From Candidatus Binatia bacterium (GTDB lineage: Bacteria; Desulfobacterota; Binatia; UBA9968; CAXXLF01), in NCBI GenBank assembly GCA_963664015.2, contig CAXXLF010000002.1, positions 1,088,001 through 1,152,000 on the forward strand: a stretch of DNA of 64,000 bases, written 5' to 3'. Each line of letters begins with the position of its first letter. Position 1 is the stretch's first letter. Below, piece after piece: positions 42,571 to 53,150 of the stretch. The notes under the pieces are model-generated. The model did not search any database. It saw only the letters and a program-made list of their open reading frames with translations, and had not been told where the DNA came from. Position numbers and translations under genes: made by a program.

Positions 42571-42714
42571 ATCTCCGTTTTTCACTGACATTTCCCTCTC
42601 TTACCTTTCGCTTTCATTCCACAATCAAAAAGGTTATAAGAATGCCCTTGGCAACCCGAGAGTTCGGGTTATTGCCCGAGGCAAAGTTTTCCATCCTAAG
42701 TTTAGGTTAAAGAG

Positions 42715-44409
42715 ATGTTACACTACATCATTTTTATAGCTGTCTTTTTTCTCGTTCTCACGCCGGTTGCCTTTCTGGTACTCGGAAGTTTCAGCACGGC
42801 GTCGCTGCCCATGGACTTTTCTTTCCAAACCATGGGATGGATCAATTACCTGACCGTCTACAGCGATCCGGGCACCTATGCGCTTTTGAACAACACTGTG
42901 ATCTATGTGGTGGGAAGCGTCACGGTCGCCATTTCCGTTGCAACAGTCCTGGCATGGTTGGTTGAGCGGACTAATATCCCCCTCAAACTCGTGATCTATG
43001 CGGGGGTCCCCATGGAAATGGCAATGCCGGGCATGCTGCAGGCCATGGCCTGGGTGCTGCTGCTGAGTCCCCGTATCGGATTCTTCAACGTCACTCTCAT
43101 GAATTTCCTTGGTCTGTCGGAAGCGCCCCTGAACATCTACTCTCTGGGCGGTATGATATTCATCGAAGGCATGAGTCTCGTATCCACGGCATTCCTCATG
43201 TTGGTTCCCCTGTTTCGTAGTATGGACCCCTCCCTCGAGGAAGCCGCTGCAGTCTCGGGGGGGCGTCCCAGTTCGATCACCCGAAAGATCACCCTGCGTC
43301 TTCTCGCGCCCGGCTTGATCGCGGTGACCGTCTATCAGACCATTTCGGCGATGGAGAGATTCGAGATTCCCGGTGTCCTGGGTTTGCCCGCAGGGATTTA
43401 TGTTTTCAGCACTAAAATTTACTCATTAGTGCATTCGGCGACGTTTCCACCTCCCTATGGCCAGGCCAATGCCCTTTCTATGGCCTATATCGCAATAGCT
43501 GTGGTGGGAATGTATTTCTACTACCGGGTGATCAGACAGTCGGAGAAGTTTACCGTCGTCACGGGGAAGGCGTATCGGCCCCGGCTGGTCAATTTGGGAC
43601 CGTGGCGCTATCCGGCTCTGATCTTCGTCTTTCTCTATCTTTCGGTGGCCATAATCATTCCGTTTTTCACCCTGCTCTTCACCTCTTTTCTACCCTATCT
43701 CCAGACTCCGTCATTCGAAGCCATGAAAATAATGACACTGCAAAACTATCGGATGCTGTTCGAGTTCGAAGAAGCGGGGATCGCTTTGAAGAATACACTG
43801 ATCGTGGTAACAGTCACCTCAACAGCCACGGTATTGTTCTCCTTTGCCATCTCCCTGATTGTGGTCCGGAGCAAGTTCTGGGGACGCAGGATACTAGACC
43901 AACTGGCCTTTATACCGCACCCCATGCCCGGCATGGTTATGGCCCTGGCGTGGGTATGGGTATTTTTGAACTTTGACTTTATTCCCCTCTACGGGACCAT
44001 ATGGTCGATCTGCCTGGCCTTTATGGTCAGCTTTATGGCCTACGGCACTCGCAGTATGAACGCGGCGATTCTCCAGATCCACAAAGAGCTGGAAGAGGCG
44101 GCTTATACCAGCGGCGCGCGCCCCTGGCGAACCATGCTGCGCGTTTTCTTTCCCCTCATGATGCCGGCCTTTGCAGGGGTGTGGATCTGGGCTGCGCTTT
44201 TGTCGTCGCGGGTTGCTGGAACGCCGTTGATGTTGGCCGAGGGAAAGGAAAATACGGTCCTGGCCGTCCTGATCTGGCAGATGTGGGACTGGGGCCATAT
44301 CGGCGCCGTCGCGGCCATCGGCACACTATTGATACTTGCCCTAATGGTCCTGACGATCACAGTGCGTTTCTTGGCGTTCCGCCGCCAAACCCAGGCAGGA
44401 AGTTCTTGA
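42715..44409 (+). CDS. ABC transporter permease (FbpB/ThiP-type, duplicated domain)
   Basis: Two EAA loops (LEEAAAVSGG, LEEAAYTSGA), ERTNIP, VVTGKAYRP. Confidence 0.93.
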   Translation: MLHYIIFIAVFFLVLTPVAFLVLGSFSTASLPMDFSFQTMGWINYLTVYSDPGTYALLNNTVIYVVGSVTVAISVATVLAWLVERTNIPLKLVIYAGVPMEMAMPGMLQAMAWVLLLSPRIGFFNVTLMNFLGLSEAPLNIYSLGGMIFIEGMSLVSTAFLMLVPLFRSMDPSLEEAAAVSGGRPSSITRKITLRLLAPGLIAVTVYQTISAMERFEIPGVLGLPAGIYVFSTKIYSLVHSATFPPPYGQANALSMAYIAIAVVGMYFYYRVIRQSEKFTVVTGKAYRPRLVNLGPWRYPALIFVFLYLSVAIIIPFFTLLFTSFLPYLQTPSFEAMKIMTLQNYRMLFEFEEAGIALKNTLIVVTVTSTATVLFSFAISLIVVRSKFWGRRILDQLAFIPHPMPGMVMALAWVWVFLNFDFIPLYGTIWSICLAFMVSFMAYGTRSMNAAILQIHKELEEAAYTSGARPWRTMLRVFFPLMMPAFAGVWIWAALLSSRVAGTPLMLAEGKENTVLAVLIWQMWDWGHIGAVAAIGTLLILALMVLTITVRFLAFRRQTQAGSS

Positions 44410-44454
44410 CCTTGACTCCGTTCCCCACGAGGATATGGAGGCTCAACAACGCCA

Positions 44455-45176
44455 ATGAACATACGCCGCCCGATTTTTTGAACCGCAATTGCTAGCATAC
44501 AAGGCCGGACAAAATTGACTCGCGCTTCGGTAGGAGAACAATTTGGACCGACAAGCTTGAAGCCAGCCACCCACGCAAGACGGCAAGAGGGGCTGAATGA
44601 AAGGGCAAGATCGTTTCAGCCGATCCCTTGAGGCCCGGAATCGTAGGCCACGCACTTCGTTTTATTTACCACAATCCCGAATTGGGTCCCCGCTTTTTAA
44701 CACGGCTTTACAGCGAGATCAGTATCAGGTTCAGCAGGGACAAACGCCAAATGGTCGATTGGCTCGCCAGAGGAAGATATCCGGTTTGTCTATTTTGCTA
44801 CAATATCATTGACGCCAAGAAGCAGGGGTTACCGGTGAACTATGTAGGCCCCTACGGTTTGAAAGAAGGCGCAAGCACCGTCCCTATTACTGGAACCCTC
44901 GCCATGATGGATCGAGCTCCTCACGCCAAGGCTACCCGTGTTTTTATCAACTGGTTCTTGTCGCGCGACGGGCAGATGGGTTACCAGAGGACCCGCATTC
45001 CAAGCGGAAGGGGAGCAGACTCTTTAAGGATTGATATTCCAAAGGACGACGTCCCTCCCTGGAGCCGGCGCCGCACAACCGGAAAATACCGGATGTCGAC
45101 CAGACCTGAGTGGATCGATATGAAACCAATCCGTAAAACCATCCAGCGCGCCCGTCTGGAGACTAGCAAAAGATAG
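44455..45176 (+). pseudogene. ABC solute-binding protein, 5' half lost
   Basis: *KGKIVSADP, QMVDWLARG, APHAKATRVFINWFLSRDGQ, SLRIDIPKD; paralog of the 22869 remnant. Confidence 0.8.
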
Positions 45177-45197
45177 AATAGGTTATAAGAGGAAGAC

Positions 45198-45884
45198 TCA
45201 GTTCAGCGTCCGGGAAGGCGTCCCCGAAGGGGATACGTCGGATGCACCTCCGAGTTTAAGGAGGTCGAGCAAGATGGTTTCCCTCTCACCCAGCGATAGC
45301 GCCTCGAGCAAAGCCTGTTTTTCAGCGGGGTGAAGTGGCAGCGCTACCGCGAGCCCATTGATCAAGTCACAGTCTCCGATCTTTTCTAGTTGTGAGATTT
45401 CGATCTGGAAGCCCTGGGCCTTACCGTATTCGGCGAGGGCGCCATTGAGCGCCGCTCGATCGCAACGCCACCCTTCCTGATCCTGGGAGTTGGTAAAGAC
45501 CCCATAGTTTGCCTTCACCCGGCGATAGCCCCGGTGCAGCGAGAGCTCCTCCTCGGTGCGAAAGCAGTTGATGCCCCGCAGTTGAACCATGTAGCGTCCG
45601 TCGGGAGATTCCTCCCATTTCTCTATGTAACCGGCGCAGCCCACGCGATAGAGGTCCGGCGATTCCTTCTCCGCTCCGGGCATCGGGCAACCGTCCTGCC
45701 GCGGAACAACCGGCTGGATCATACCGAAGACCTTCCCGGCCCCCAAGGCGTCTTCGACCATATTACGGTAGCGGAGTTCAAAAATGTGGAGCGGGAGCAC
45801 GGTGCCGGGGAACAGTAGAGTCCCGGTGAGTGGGAAGACGGCAAGAATCTCCGGTAAATCCTTGGAGGTATCCAGATTAGTCAT
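45198..45884 (-). CDS. Lon N-terminal substrate-binding domain protein
   Basis: VFPLTGTLLFPGTVLPLHIFE.RY, VGCAG, DGRY, EKQALLEA. Confidence 0.92.
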   Translation of the reverse strand: MTNLDTSKDLPEILAVFPLTGTLLFPGTVLPLHIFELRYRNMVEDALGAGKVFGMIQPVVPRQDGCPMPGAEKESPDLYRVGCAGYIEKWEESPDGRYMVQLRGINCFRTEEELSLHRGYRRVKANYGVFTNSQDQEGWRCDRAALNGALAEYGKAQGFQIEISQLEKIGDCDLINGLAVALPLHPAEKQALLEALSLGERETILLDLLKLGGASDVSPSGTPSRTLN

Positions 45885-45984
45885 AGTCCTATCCTCTGGT
45901 CCTAATCTATCGGGTCAGCCCTGTCGAGGTCAAGAATTGTTTTCATCTGCATCTGAAAAATAAGGGGAAAATCCATACAGGTCA

Positions 45985-46989
45985 TCAGCTTACGAAACCC
46001 GCTAACTCAGCGTAGTTTTGCATCCCGAGATGCCGCTTCCCATCTTCGATCTCATGGATCATCCCACCGAGGGCCTCGCAGAGCGGCGTGGGGACTCCTG
46101 CCCGTCGACCATCCCGGACTACGTGTCCGACCGTGAATTCAACGTGTGTCGTCACACCGGCCTGAAGCAGATGAGGAACCGCGTCGCGATCCTCCCGCGC
46201 GATGCCGATTGCGGCGGCGGCATCAAAGGCCGCGAAGCGATCTTCCAAAGCGTGGCTGGGATAAAAATCAGCCGGATGATACTCGGCCAGTGGTTCGAAT
46301 TGCACCCCCGTAGCGCCACCCACTTGAGTGACCTCACCCAAAAGAGCAACGCACAGGCGACGACTGACTTCATCGGCGCAGACCGTTCTGAGAGGTTCCC
46401 CGGTCAGGGACGTTAACATCCCCAGGCAAGTGTAGCTGAGCTTGCTCCACAAGACACCGCGGATGTTGTCCGTAATTTCGGTCGGGATTACGCTATGAAG
46501 AAGCGCGTGCACAGTTTTGAGCGCTGTCGTTTCCTTGCCATGGAGATGGCCGATAAAGAGACGCCCCTCCGATCCCGTCCTGACGTGGCCGGGAGCCACT
46601 TTCAGGCTACGCATACGCACCACCGCTCCGATGGTCCGATCCGGGCCCACGATCTCCTCGATCAGAGGAGGGTTAAGACCGTTTTGCAGGGATACTAGAA
46701 CACCGTCAGGATCGAAATGGTGGACTACCAGAGTAATTGCGTTCAGGGTGTAATTGGATCGAACCGCAACCAGCCCAACGTCGAATTTTCCCTCCATCTC
46801 ACCAGGTAATATGGCAGGTACGGACACGTTAAAAGCCCCATCGGGGACATCCACCCGCAGCCCGCGCTCAGCGATGGCGCGCAGGTGCTCGACATCCACA
46901 TCCACCAGCGTTACGTCCTTACCCGCACGGGCGAGGCGTCCACCCACGATTCCACCGATAGGCCCGGCCCCAATGACAACGATTCTCAT
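45985..46989 (-). CDS. Ketopantoate reductase (PanE/ApbA) family protein
   Basis: IGAGPIGG, SLQNGL, LWSKL, GVPTP. Confidence 0.88.
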   Translation of the reverse strand: MRIVVIGAGPIGGIVGGRLARAGKDVTLVDVDVEHLRAIAERGLRVDVPDGAFNVSVPAILPGEMEGKFDVGLVAVRSNYTLNAITLVVHHFDPDGVLVSLQNGLNPPLIEEIVGPDRTIGAVVRMRSLKVAPGHVRTGSEGRLFIGHLHGKETTALKTVHALLHSVIPTEITDNIRGVLWSKLSYTCLGMLTSLTGEPLRTVCADEVSRRLCVALLGEVTQVGGATGVQFEPLAEYHPADFYPSHALEDRFAAFDAAAAIGIAREDRDAVPHLLQAGVTTHVEFTVGHVVRDGRRAGVPTPLCEALGGMIHEIEDGKRHLGMQNYAELAGFVS

Positions 46990-47068
46990 GGTTCTTCGTA
47001 GTTCCTATGATTCACCTAGGGGAAATTAAGGCGGAGGTCAAGGGTGACGACCAAAAATATAGATTCGA

Positions 47069-47096
47069 TTGACAGGGTACGATTTAATCGTATAGT
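47069..47096 (+). promoter_or_regulatory. Sigma70-type promoter
   Basis: TTGACA-N16-TATAGT upstream of the RBS AGGAGG and ATG 47146. Confidence 0.65.
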
Positions 47097-47145
47097 GTCC
47101 ATTCAATCCGCTTCAACGCCTTAACCCAAGCTAGGAGGTTGCCCC

Positions 47146-48234
47146 ATGCTATCGATCAACGGAGAACAGGTCCTCGCTATAGACTCGGATACCCACGTCA
47201 TCGAATCAGAAGATTCGTGGTCCTATCTGGAACCTTCCGAGGAGCACTTCCGCCCAAAGCTTTTCGGTTCTGACAAACACCCGGATCAACAATATTGGAT
47301 ATTGCAGGACAAGGTGGTGGGGTTTCGGTTCCCGAGTCTGACCGCTAAAGAGCTGGAGGAGTTGTCTCAACGTACAGGCCGCGACATGAACACGTCCCCT
47401 GAGACGCGCGAACTTGCCAGGGTGGACCTCCGCTTGCAGCACATGGACCAAGCCGGGATAGACGTTCAAGTGCTCCACAACACCTTGTGGATAGAACAGG
47501 TCACCAATCGCCCCGACGCAGAGCTGGCGCTCTGTCGAAGTTACAATCGCTGGCTCGCGGATACTTGGGCCCGGGGCAAAGGGCGACTGAGATGGTCCTG
47601 CCTTCCTCCTACACTCAGCATCCCCGAAGCCGTTGAAGAGGTTCGTTGGTGCAAGGCCCATGGAGCCGTGGGCATCTGCCTGCGCCCCATTGAGGGGAAC
47701 CACCACCTGGTCGACTCCTACTTTTACCCGCTCTACGAAGAGGCGCAGCGCTTGGACATCCCGATCACGGTCCACATCGCAAATGGTAACCCCACCAACA
47801 TAGACCTTGTAAGACACAGCCTGTTCTGGAGGTTTCGGGTGCCGACCGTGGCCGCCTGCCATAGTTATCTGCGAAGCGAGGTCCCAGAACTGTTTCCCAC
47901 ACTCCGAGTGGGTTTTATCGAAGCGGGGGCCCAATGGCTGGTCTGGGTACTTGAGAGGGTTGTCCGGGGTCTGAACCTTCCCAAGAGCTCGATTCCCGAG
48001 CTCCTGTCAATGAAGCGGGTGTGGGTGACATGTGAGTACGAAGATCACCTGCCGTACCTCATGCAGTACACGGGCGAGGACAACCTGATCATTGGAACGG
48101 ATTACGGGCACACGGACCCATTTTCCAATCTCCAAGCTTTGAAAGAGTTTGTGAATCGCCCTGACCTCAGCGACACGGTTAAAACGAAGATTATCAAAAA
48201 CAACGCGCAGGCTTTTTACGGCCTGTCGGATTAG
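47146..48234 (+). CDS. Amidohydrolase family 2 protein, close paralog of 9588..10670
   Basis: IDSDTHVIE, SLFWRFRVPTVAACH, GTDYGHTD. Confidence 0.9.
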   Translation: MLSINGEQVLAIDSDTHVIESEDSWSYLEPSEEHFRPKLFGSDKHPDQQYWILQDKVVGFRFPSLTAKELEELSQRTGRDMNTSPETRELARVDLRLQHMDQAGIDVQVLHNTLWIEQVTNRPDAELALCRSYNRWLADTWARGKGRLRWSCLPPTLSIPEAVEEVRWCKAHGAVGICLRPIEGNHHLVDSYFYPLYEEAQRLDIPITVHIANGNPTNIDLVRHSLFWRFRVPTVAACHSYLRSEVPELFPTLRVGFIEAGAQWLVWVLERVVRGLNLPKSSIPELLSMKRVWVTCEYEDHLPYLMQYTGEDNLIIGTDYGHTDPFSNLQALKEFVNRPDLSDTVKTKIIKNNAQAFYGLSD

Positions 48235-48359
48235 GACACCGATCCTAACAATGAATAACAATTCTCACCAAAGTATCTTACTGGAATACTAGCCAATATT
48301 TTCCTTATACCGCATAACCACTTGTCACGAGCCAATCGGCCCCACGGGCACCTAGGGTT

Positions 48360-49279
48360 TATTAGTCTTATATCGTGAAATACCTGACGTGTATTGCCCT
48401 CATAGATTTGTTGGCGCTCGCTGCCGAAAAGACACCGGTCCACGCCCACAGCTCTGAATAATAAGTCGAGGCTTTCCCTAGAGTACAGTACTGTATCAAA
48501 ATAGAGACGTCGGAGGCTTTGAGCAAAACTTTTGTCCAATTTCCTACGACCCGGACGATCGTAGTAGCCGCGGAACCGTCCTAGTTGATAAGGAATCGTC
48601 CCACCTCCGTGGCAAACGATCAATTTTAATCTTGGAAAATCCAAAAACACCCGCGACTCGAGCAAGGATATGATGGCGATGCTCTCTTCGTTGATGAAAT
48701 GGAGTGTATAGGGTTCCCTCGGATTACAAAACTACGTAGCGTGAATCAACGCCGGCACGTTCAGCGCCACAAGCTTTTCGTACAGGGGTACCAGTACTCG
48801 TCGCCGAGACCGGGAAGGGGAGGATAGAAGCCTTTTCCCGGATCCGGATTCAGGATACATCCCACAAACCCCAACTCTTTAACGCAACGTTCCAACTCCT
48901 CGCCCCAGACGCTCGGAGAAGTTTTGGGATTCTGGGATAGACCAGCTAATCCACGGAACAAGTCAGGGTGGAGTTGACACTGGCGGTGGATTACGTTGTT
49001 GCCCTGTTCGATGTACCAGCGACCAATTTTTTCCGACTGTTCGTGATGCCCCATGGAAATGGGTCTTAGAGACAGAAATTGGACATCTGTACCGACGTCG
49101 CGAACCTGCTCTATCAGAGATTTTCCGCGGAATGATGGCTTGCTTAAAGGCTCATCAATTTCCTCGTCGGTAAGTTTCAGGCTCCCCCGCCCATGGCTTC
49201 CCCTGGAACTCAAAAGTCCTAACCAGTATGACTGCAGTTTACTAGTAGCGAGGTTATGTCCATGAACGTCAATAATCAT
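48360..49279 (-). pseudogene. LigJ (4-oxalomesaconate hydratase)-like amidohydrolase-2, frameshifted and truncated
   Basis: MIIDVHGH, ELERCVKELGFVGCILNPDP, DEYWYP, HGGGTIPYQLGRF, YFDTVLY, LFGSE, with frameshifts and deletions; 3' boundary approximate. Confidence 0.8.
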
Positions 49280-49449
49280 TGGCTACCCCACACTGTTCGT
49301 TATCGTCAAAATGCTAGATCGAGGCCCGTGCTGGTCTCTGCTGTAAAGGGGCGAGGGTGTCGACTAGAGGTCACCAGTACTGGACCCTAATAAAAATAGA
49401 TAATTGGACGTCGAAAAATGAATCGAAGGGGATTTGACCCGATGATTAT

Positions 49450-50319
49450 TCAGTTCAGCTCGCCGCTTTGGCGTAGAGTCTCGCAGGTGGGTTTGGAAGG
49501 TTTGATCCCCGAAATCAAAATTCTCTCCCAAAAGACCGTGAGGCGCTCACTCTCGGCACCGCGGCGCCTCTCACCGCACCAGAAACGCTCGGTCCGGCAC
49601 AAGGTCTTTTGGGTCCAAGCTTCGACCAGGTCCTCTCCCCCGGGACCGGAGCGTAGACTGCTGTCATTACCAGTGAGCTCCGCGCGCCAGTCCCATTCGG
49701 CTAGCACCGTCAATTGATAGATGGCGATCACGGCCTGAACGTCGTGGGTTGCGGGCGCCCTCCTTCTTGCCTCATCCAGTTGTCTCCTTGCGCTTTTGAA
49801 CCAACGCACGGCCTTGGTTGGATCGGGCTCGGCACGCCCACCGATGTAATCGTATAGGCCGTAGAGCCCCCGCATCACCACACGATCCCGAGTCCCATAG
49901 GCAATGGAAGGATCACAGGACTCGGGATAGACCTGGCGCAGAAAGGCGAGGAGCTCCTGGCACGTGGCCTTGGCCTCGTCAATCTGTGGCTTATCCAAAC
50001 TCGGGCCTTCCCCACTGACAATTCGATCGGTTTCCAGGTCGGCGATATTGAAAAGGGTAAGCGCCTTCAGTGTGTACGCCACTCCCAGCAATCCATCTTT
50101 TTCCAGTCCCTCTTTATCACCCGCAATCACCTCGTTGACCGTTGCAAGGGCGATTTTATATTGGGACAGGGCGGACAACCGCGAGTGTATGGTGATCGAG
50201 CTTTCGGCCTCGACAGCGTTGCTATAGCTGTCCTGGGCCTCCCTCAAGTTACGTGTGCTGCAGCCTAAAACCAACGTCGCGGCCAGGACAGCCCTGAATA
50301 TTTGGATTCCTCGCACCAC
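49450..50319 (-). CDS. Hypothetical lipoprotein, helical-repeat-like
   Basis: Lipobox LVLG-C after a hydrophobic stretch; RBS GGAGGAGG. Confidence 0.7.
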   Translation of the reverse strand: MVRGIQIFRAVLAATLVLGCSTRNLREAQDSYSNAVEAESSITIHSRLSALSQYKIALATVNEVIAGDKEGLEKDGLLGVAYTLKALTLFNIADLETDRIVSGEGPSLDKPQIDEAKATCQELLAFLRQVYPESCDPSIAYGTRDRVVMRGLYGLYDYIGGRAEPDPTKAVRWFKSARRQLDEARRRAPATHDVQAVIAIYQLTVLAEWDWRAELTGNDSSLRSGPGGEDLVEAWTQKTLCRTERFWCGERRRGAESERLTVFWERILISGIKPSKPTCETLRQSGELN

Positions 50320-50337
50320 AGGTCCTCCTCCCTTGGG

Positions 50338-52124
50338 CTACGCCCCTTGCAGCGTCGCCTTGATCTGCATGGCTACGTCTGACAGTAACGGGTCTCTATC
50401 GATCCAACCCCGGATATGGCTTCTTATCTCGTCGAATTGGGATTGTTTGACACCGTTTTCCGCGGCGACGACCGCAAACTTCTCAAGGACCACACCCATG
50501 GCCGCCTGCAGCGCCGAATTGCGTGACTAGCGCCAATGGCTCCTGGTATCGGAACCGCTCCCGAACACGCCCTCGAAAATGGCGTCGAAGGCGAAAGTAA
50601 GGGCGGTCCCGACGGAACCGGCCGCAGCCCCGGGTATTTTTTCCAACAGCGACAGTTCCATAGCCCCTGCCCTCAGCCCGGCCTTGAGAGCGCTGGCTAC
50701 AGTCTCGCTGTTGATCTGTCCCGGGGCGAGCTTGGTGAGAGATGCCATGACAGCGCCAATACAGACACCCACGGGGGTGTCCTCGGCTCCGCCCACGTTG
50801 GAAATCCTCTTCACCCAGTACGGGTTGTCGATCACCTCTTCGAATACGGATTCGGCAACTCCCAGCACCTGCGTTCGTGTAAGGGTCGCCGTCCACTGCC
50901 CACCAACCGGTTCATGGTAAAACTGCTTCAGTAATTCGGATGTGGCAAGAACCAGGAGATGTCTTTTGGGGTCGGTTTCATCGCTCTCCCATAGGAGGTT
51001 CAGATGGCGGCCGGATTTTTCCAGAATGAGCCGCACCAATCCTGGGAACATGTCTTTAGCCTAAGGGGCCTGAACCGTTTCAACCTGGTCGGCAACTTCG
51101 ATGAAAACCTTTTTGAAGCCCTGGTGCCCGATCTTGAGGATATAGGGATTGTCCGTGACCGCCTTGAGCGTTGACTTGAATACCGTATCAAGCCCCTGGC
51201 CGGAGAAAAGTCTTTGAAACTGGAGTTGCCGGTTGGAGTCCGATCCCAGCAAAAGGTCGGCGACGGTACCGCCAATTTCCTTGATGACCGCGCCTTCGTT
51301 TTCGTTGAAACCCAGGATCTTCTCGGGATCCCATAGAACCGTTTCGGCGGTGCCCCGGACCATGGCATGAGCGATCCACTGGGGCTACCCCCCCCTTCCG
51401 TCTGTTTAGTGGTCAGCAGGTTTTTAAGATGCGTCTGGGTCGACTCCGACAGGCACGTTGCAATGTTTATGACGACCTTCTCGGTCGTGTCGCCATTGCC
51501 ACTGAGCTGTGGCTCGTTTTTGACCGCTTCGACGATCGCAATTAGAAGGTCTCCAGCCAGATACTCGAGCGGGGACTCGGCAAAATCCGTGCGGTCAATG
51601 GCCTCCAGAAAGGCACGAAGCGCCCGTCCCTCGGGTTTTTTGTCCGAGATAGCCCCGGGAGTTAGTAGGAAACAATCAATAGCAAGGTTGACAAGGGTTC
51701 CGGCGATTCGCTGGAGCGCTGTGATCCTTCCGCCGGCCTCCCCACTAGACCATTAGCGGATAGTAATGAAGCTCTGGACCTCTTCGATACTGGGCCCTGG
51801 GGCCAGTCGAAACTCATCGGGGAGCTCGGTTTCGAACTGCAGGAAGGCCGCCACATAGAGCTCGATGAGTTCGCTCTCTTCCACAGGATTCAGACTGGTC
51901 TTCTTTAAAAGCAAAGCGATACGGTGGTTTTCTTTTACGATCGCTTGTCCGATCTCACCCCGAAACCATCTCTTGGCCGACAAGCGATTGACCTTCACGC
52001 CACTGAGAAGCGGCAAAGGCATAGAACGGGCCAGGGTCTTTTTCACGTAGACCCGTTTGCCCGCTGAATAGAGTCGAAGCCCATCCGCAATGGCAAAAAT
52101 CACGGTGCTAACGTTTGGTGTCAA
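50338..52124 (-). pseudogene. Large (about 590 codon) hypothetical helical protein, interrupted
   Basis: Fragments join across TAA 51753, a frameshift at the C8 run near 51390, TAG 51061 and TAG 50527. Confidence 0.75.
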
Positions 52125-52202
52125 GATCCCCCCCGTAGATGTTTGAATTGCCCATTATAATTTGTTAGCGTCGTACAGTCCATCAAGTTAGAGAATTTCT
52201 CC

Positions 52203-53126
52203 ATGGCAGAATCCCAGTCCGGCATCCTTCCTGAATCCAACCCGTATGCGCTTTCCCTCATTCTACGCATTCGTGACCCACAGACCCACGCACCGGCCAT
52301 TACTAAAGTCGCTTCTCAAGTGCCCGTACTGCTAATAAAAGTAGGGACCGCCGATCCCAAGGCAAGGCTTGTTTGTACCATGGGTATCGGTTCCGAATTC
52401 TGGGACCTTGTCTCTCCCGGCAAGAGACCTGCGGCCCTCAGACCGTTCAAGGCGATCGAGTCAGGCAGCAAAACGGCGCCCAACACTGGCGGGGATCTCC
52501 TGTTCCACATCATCTCGAAACGTCATGATCTCAATCTGGAGCTAGCCATGCGTTTCAGAAGCCAGTTGGGTGATCTGGTCGAAGTGATGGATGAGACCCA
52601 CGGCTTTCGTTACGTCGATAGCCGCGACCTCACGGGTTTTATCGACGGCACGGAGAACCCCAAGGGGAAAGAGCGAAAAGGGGTGGCGCTGATCGGCAGG
52701 GAAGATCCAGACTTTGCCGGCGGCGCTTACGTATTCACCCAGAAGTATGTGCACAAGCTGGCCAAATGGGCGACCCTTTCTCAGTCGGAACAAGAGAAGG
52801 TCATCGGACGGCGCAAGCCGGACAGCCTAGAGCTTTCAGACAAGATCAAACCGCCCACGGCCCATATCAGTCGGGTCGTCATCAAGGAAAACGGGGAAGA
52901 GTTGGAAATCGTCCGTCACAGTTTTCCCTATGGAACGACTTCCGAATCCGGGCTTTTCTTCATCGCTTACACCAAAGACCTCGATATCCCTGAAAAGATG
53001 CTCAGCCGGATGATGGGGACAGGCGGGGATGGAATACATGACCACCTGATGGACTACACACAGGCGGTCTCTGGGGCCACGTTTTTCGCCCCTTCTTTAA
53101 ATCGTCTCAAGGCGCTGGCGAGATAA
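52203..53126 (+). CDS. Dye-decolorizing (DyP-type) peroxidase
   Basis: RDLTGFIDGTENP (GxxDG), PTAHISR, IVRHSFPYG, GLFFIAY. Confidence 0.95.
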   Translation: MAESQSGILPESNPYALSLILRIRDPQTHAPAITKVASQVPVLLIKVGTADPKARLVCTMGIGSEFWDLVSPGKRPAALRPFKAIESGSKTAPNTGGDLLFHIISKRHDLNLELAMRFRSQLGDLVEVMDETHGFRYVDSRDLTGFIDGTENPKGKERKGVALIGREDPDFAGGAYVFTQKYVHKLAKWATLSQSEQEKVIGRRKPDSLELSDKIKPPTAHISRVVIKENGEELEIVRHSFPYGTTSESGLFFIAYTKDLDIPEKMLSRMMGTGGDGIHDHLMDYTQAVSGATFFAPSLNRLKALAR

Positions 53127-53150
53127 CCGCCACCTTACCCCTCTTGCAAA

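Noticed and set aside
52203-53126. DyP as encapsulin cargo or Tat export substrate
   Set aside because: No C-terminal GSLxIGSL-type targeting peptide, no twin-arginine leader, no adjacent encapsulin gene.
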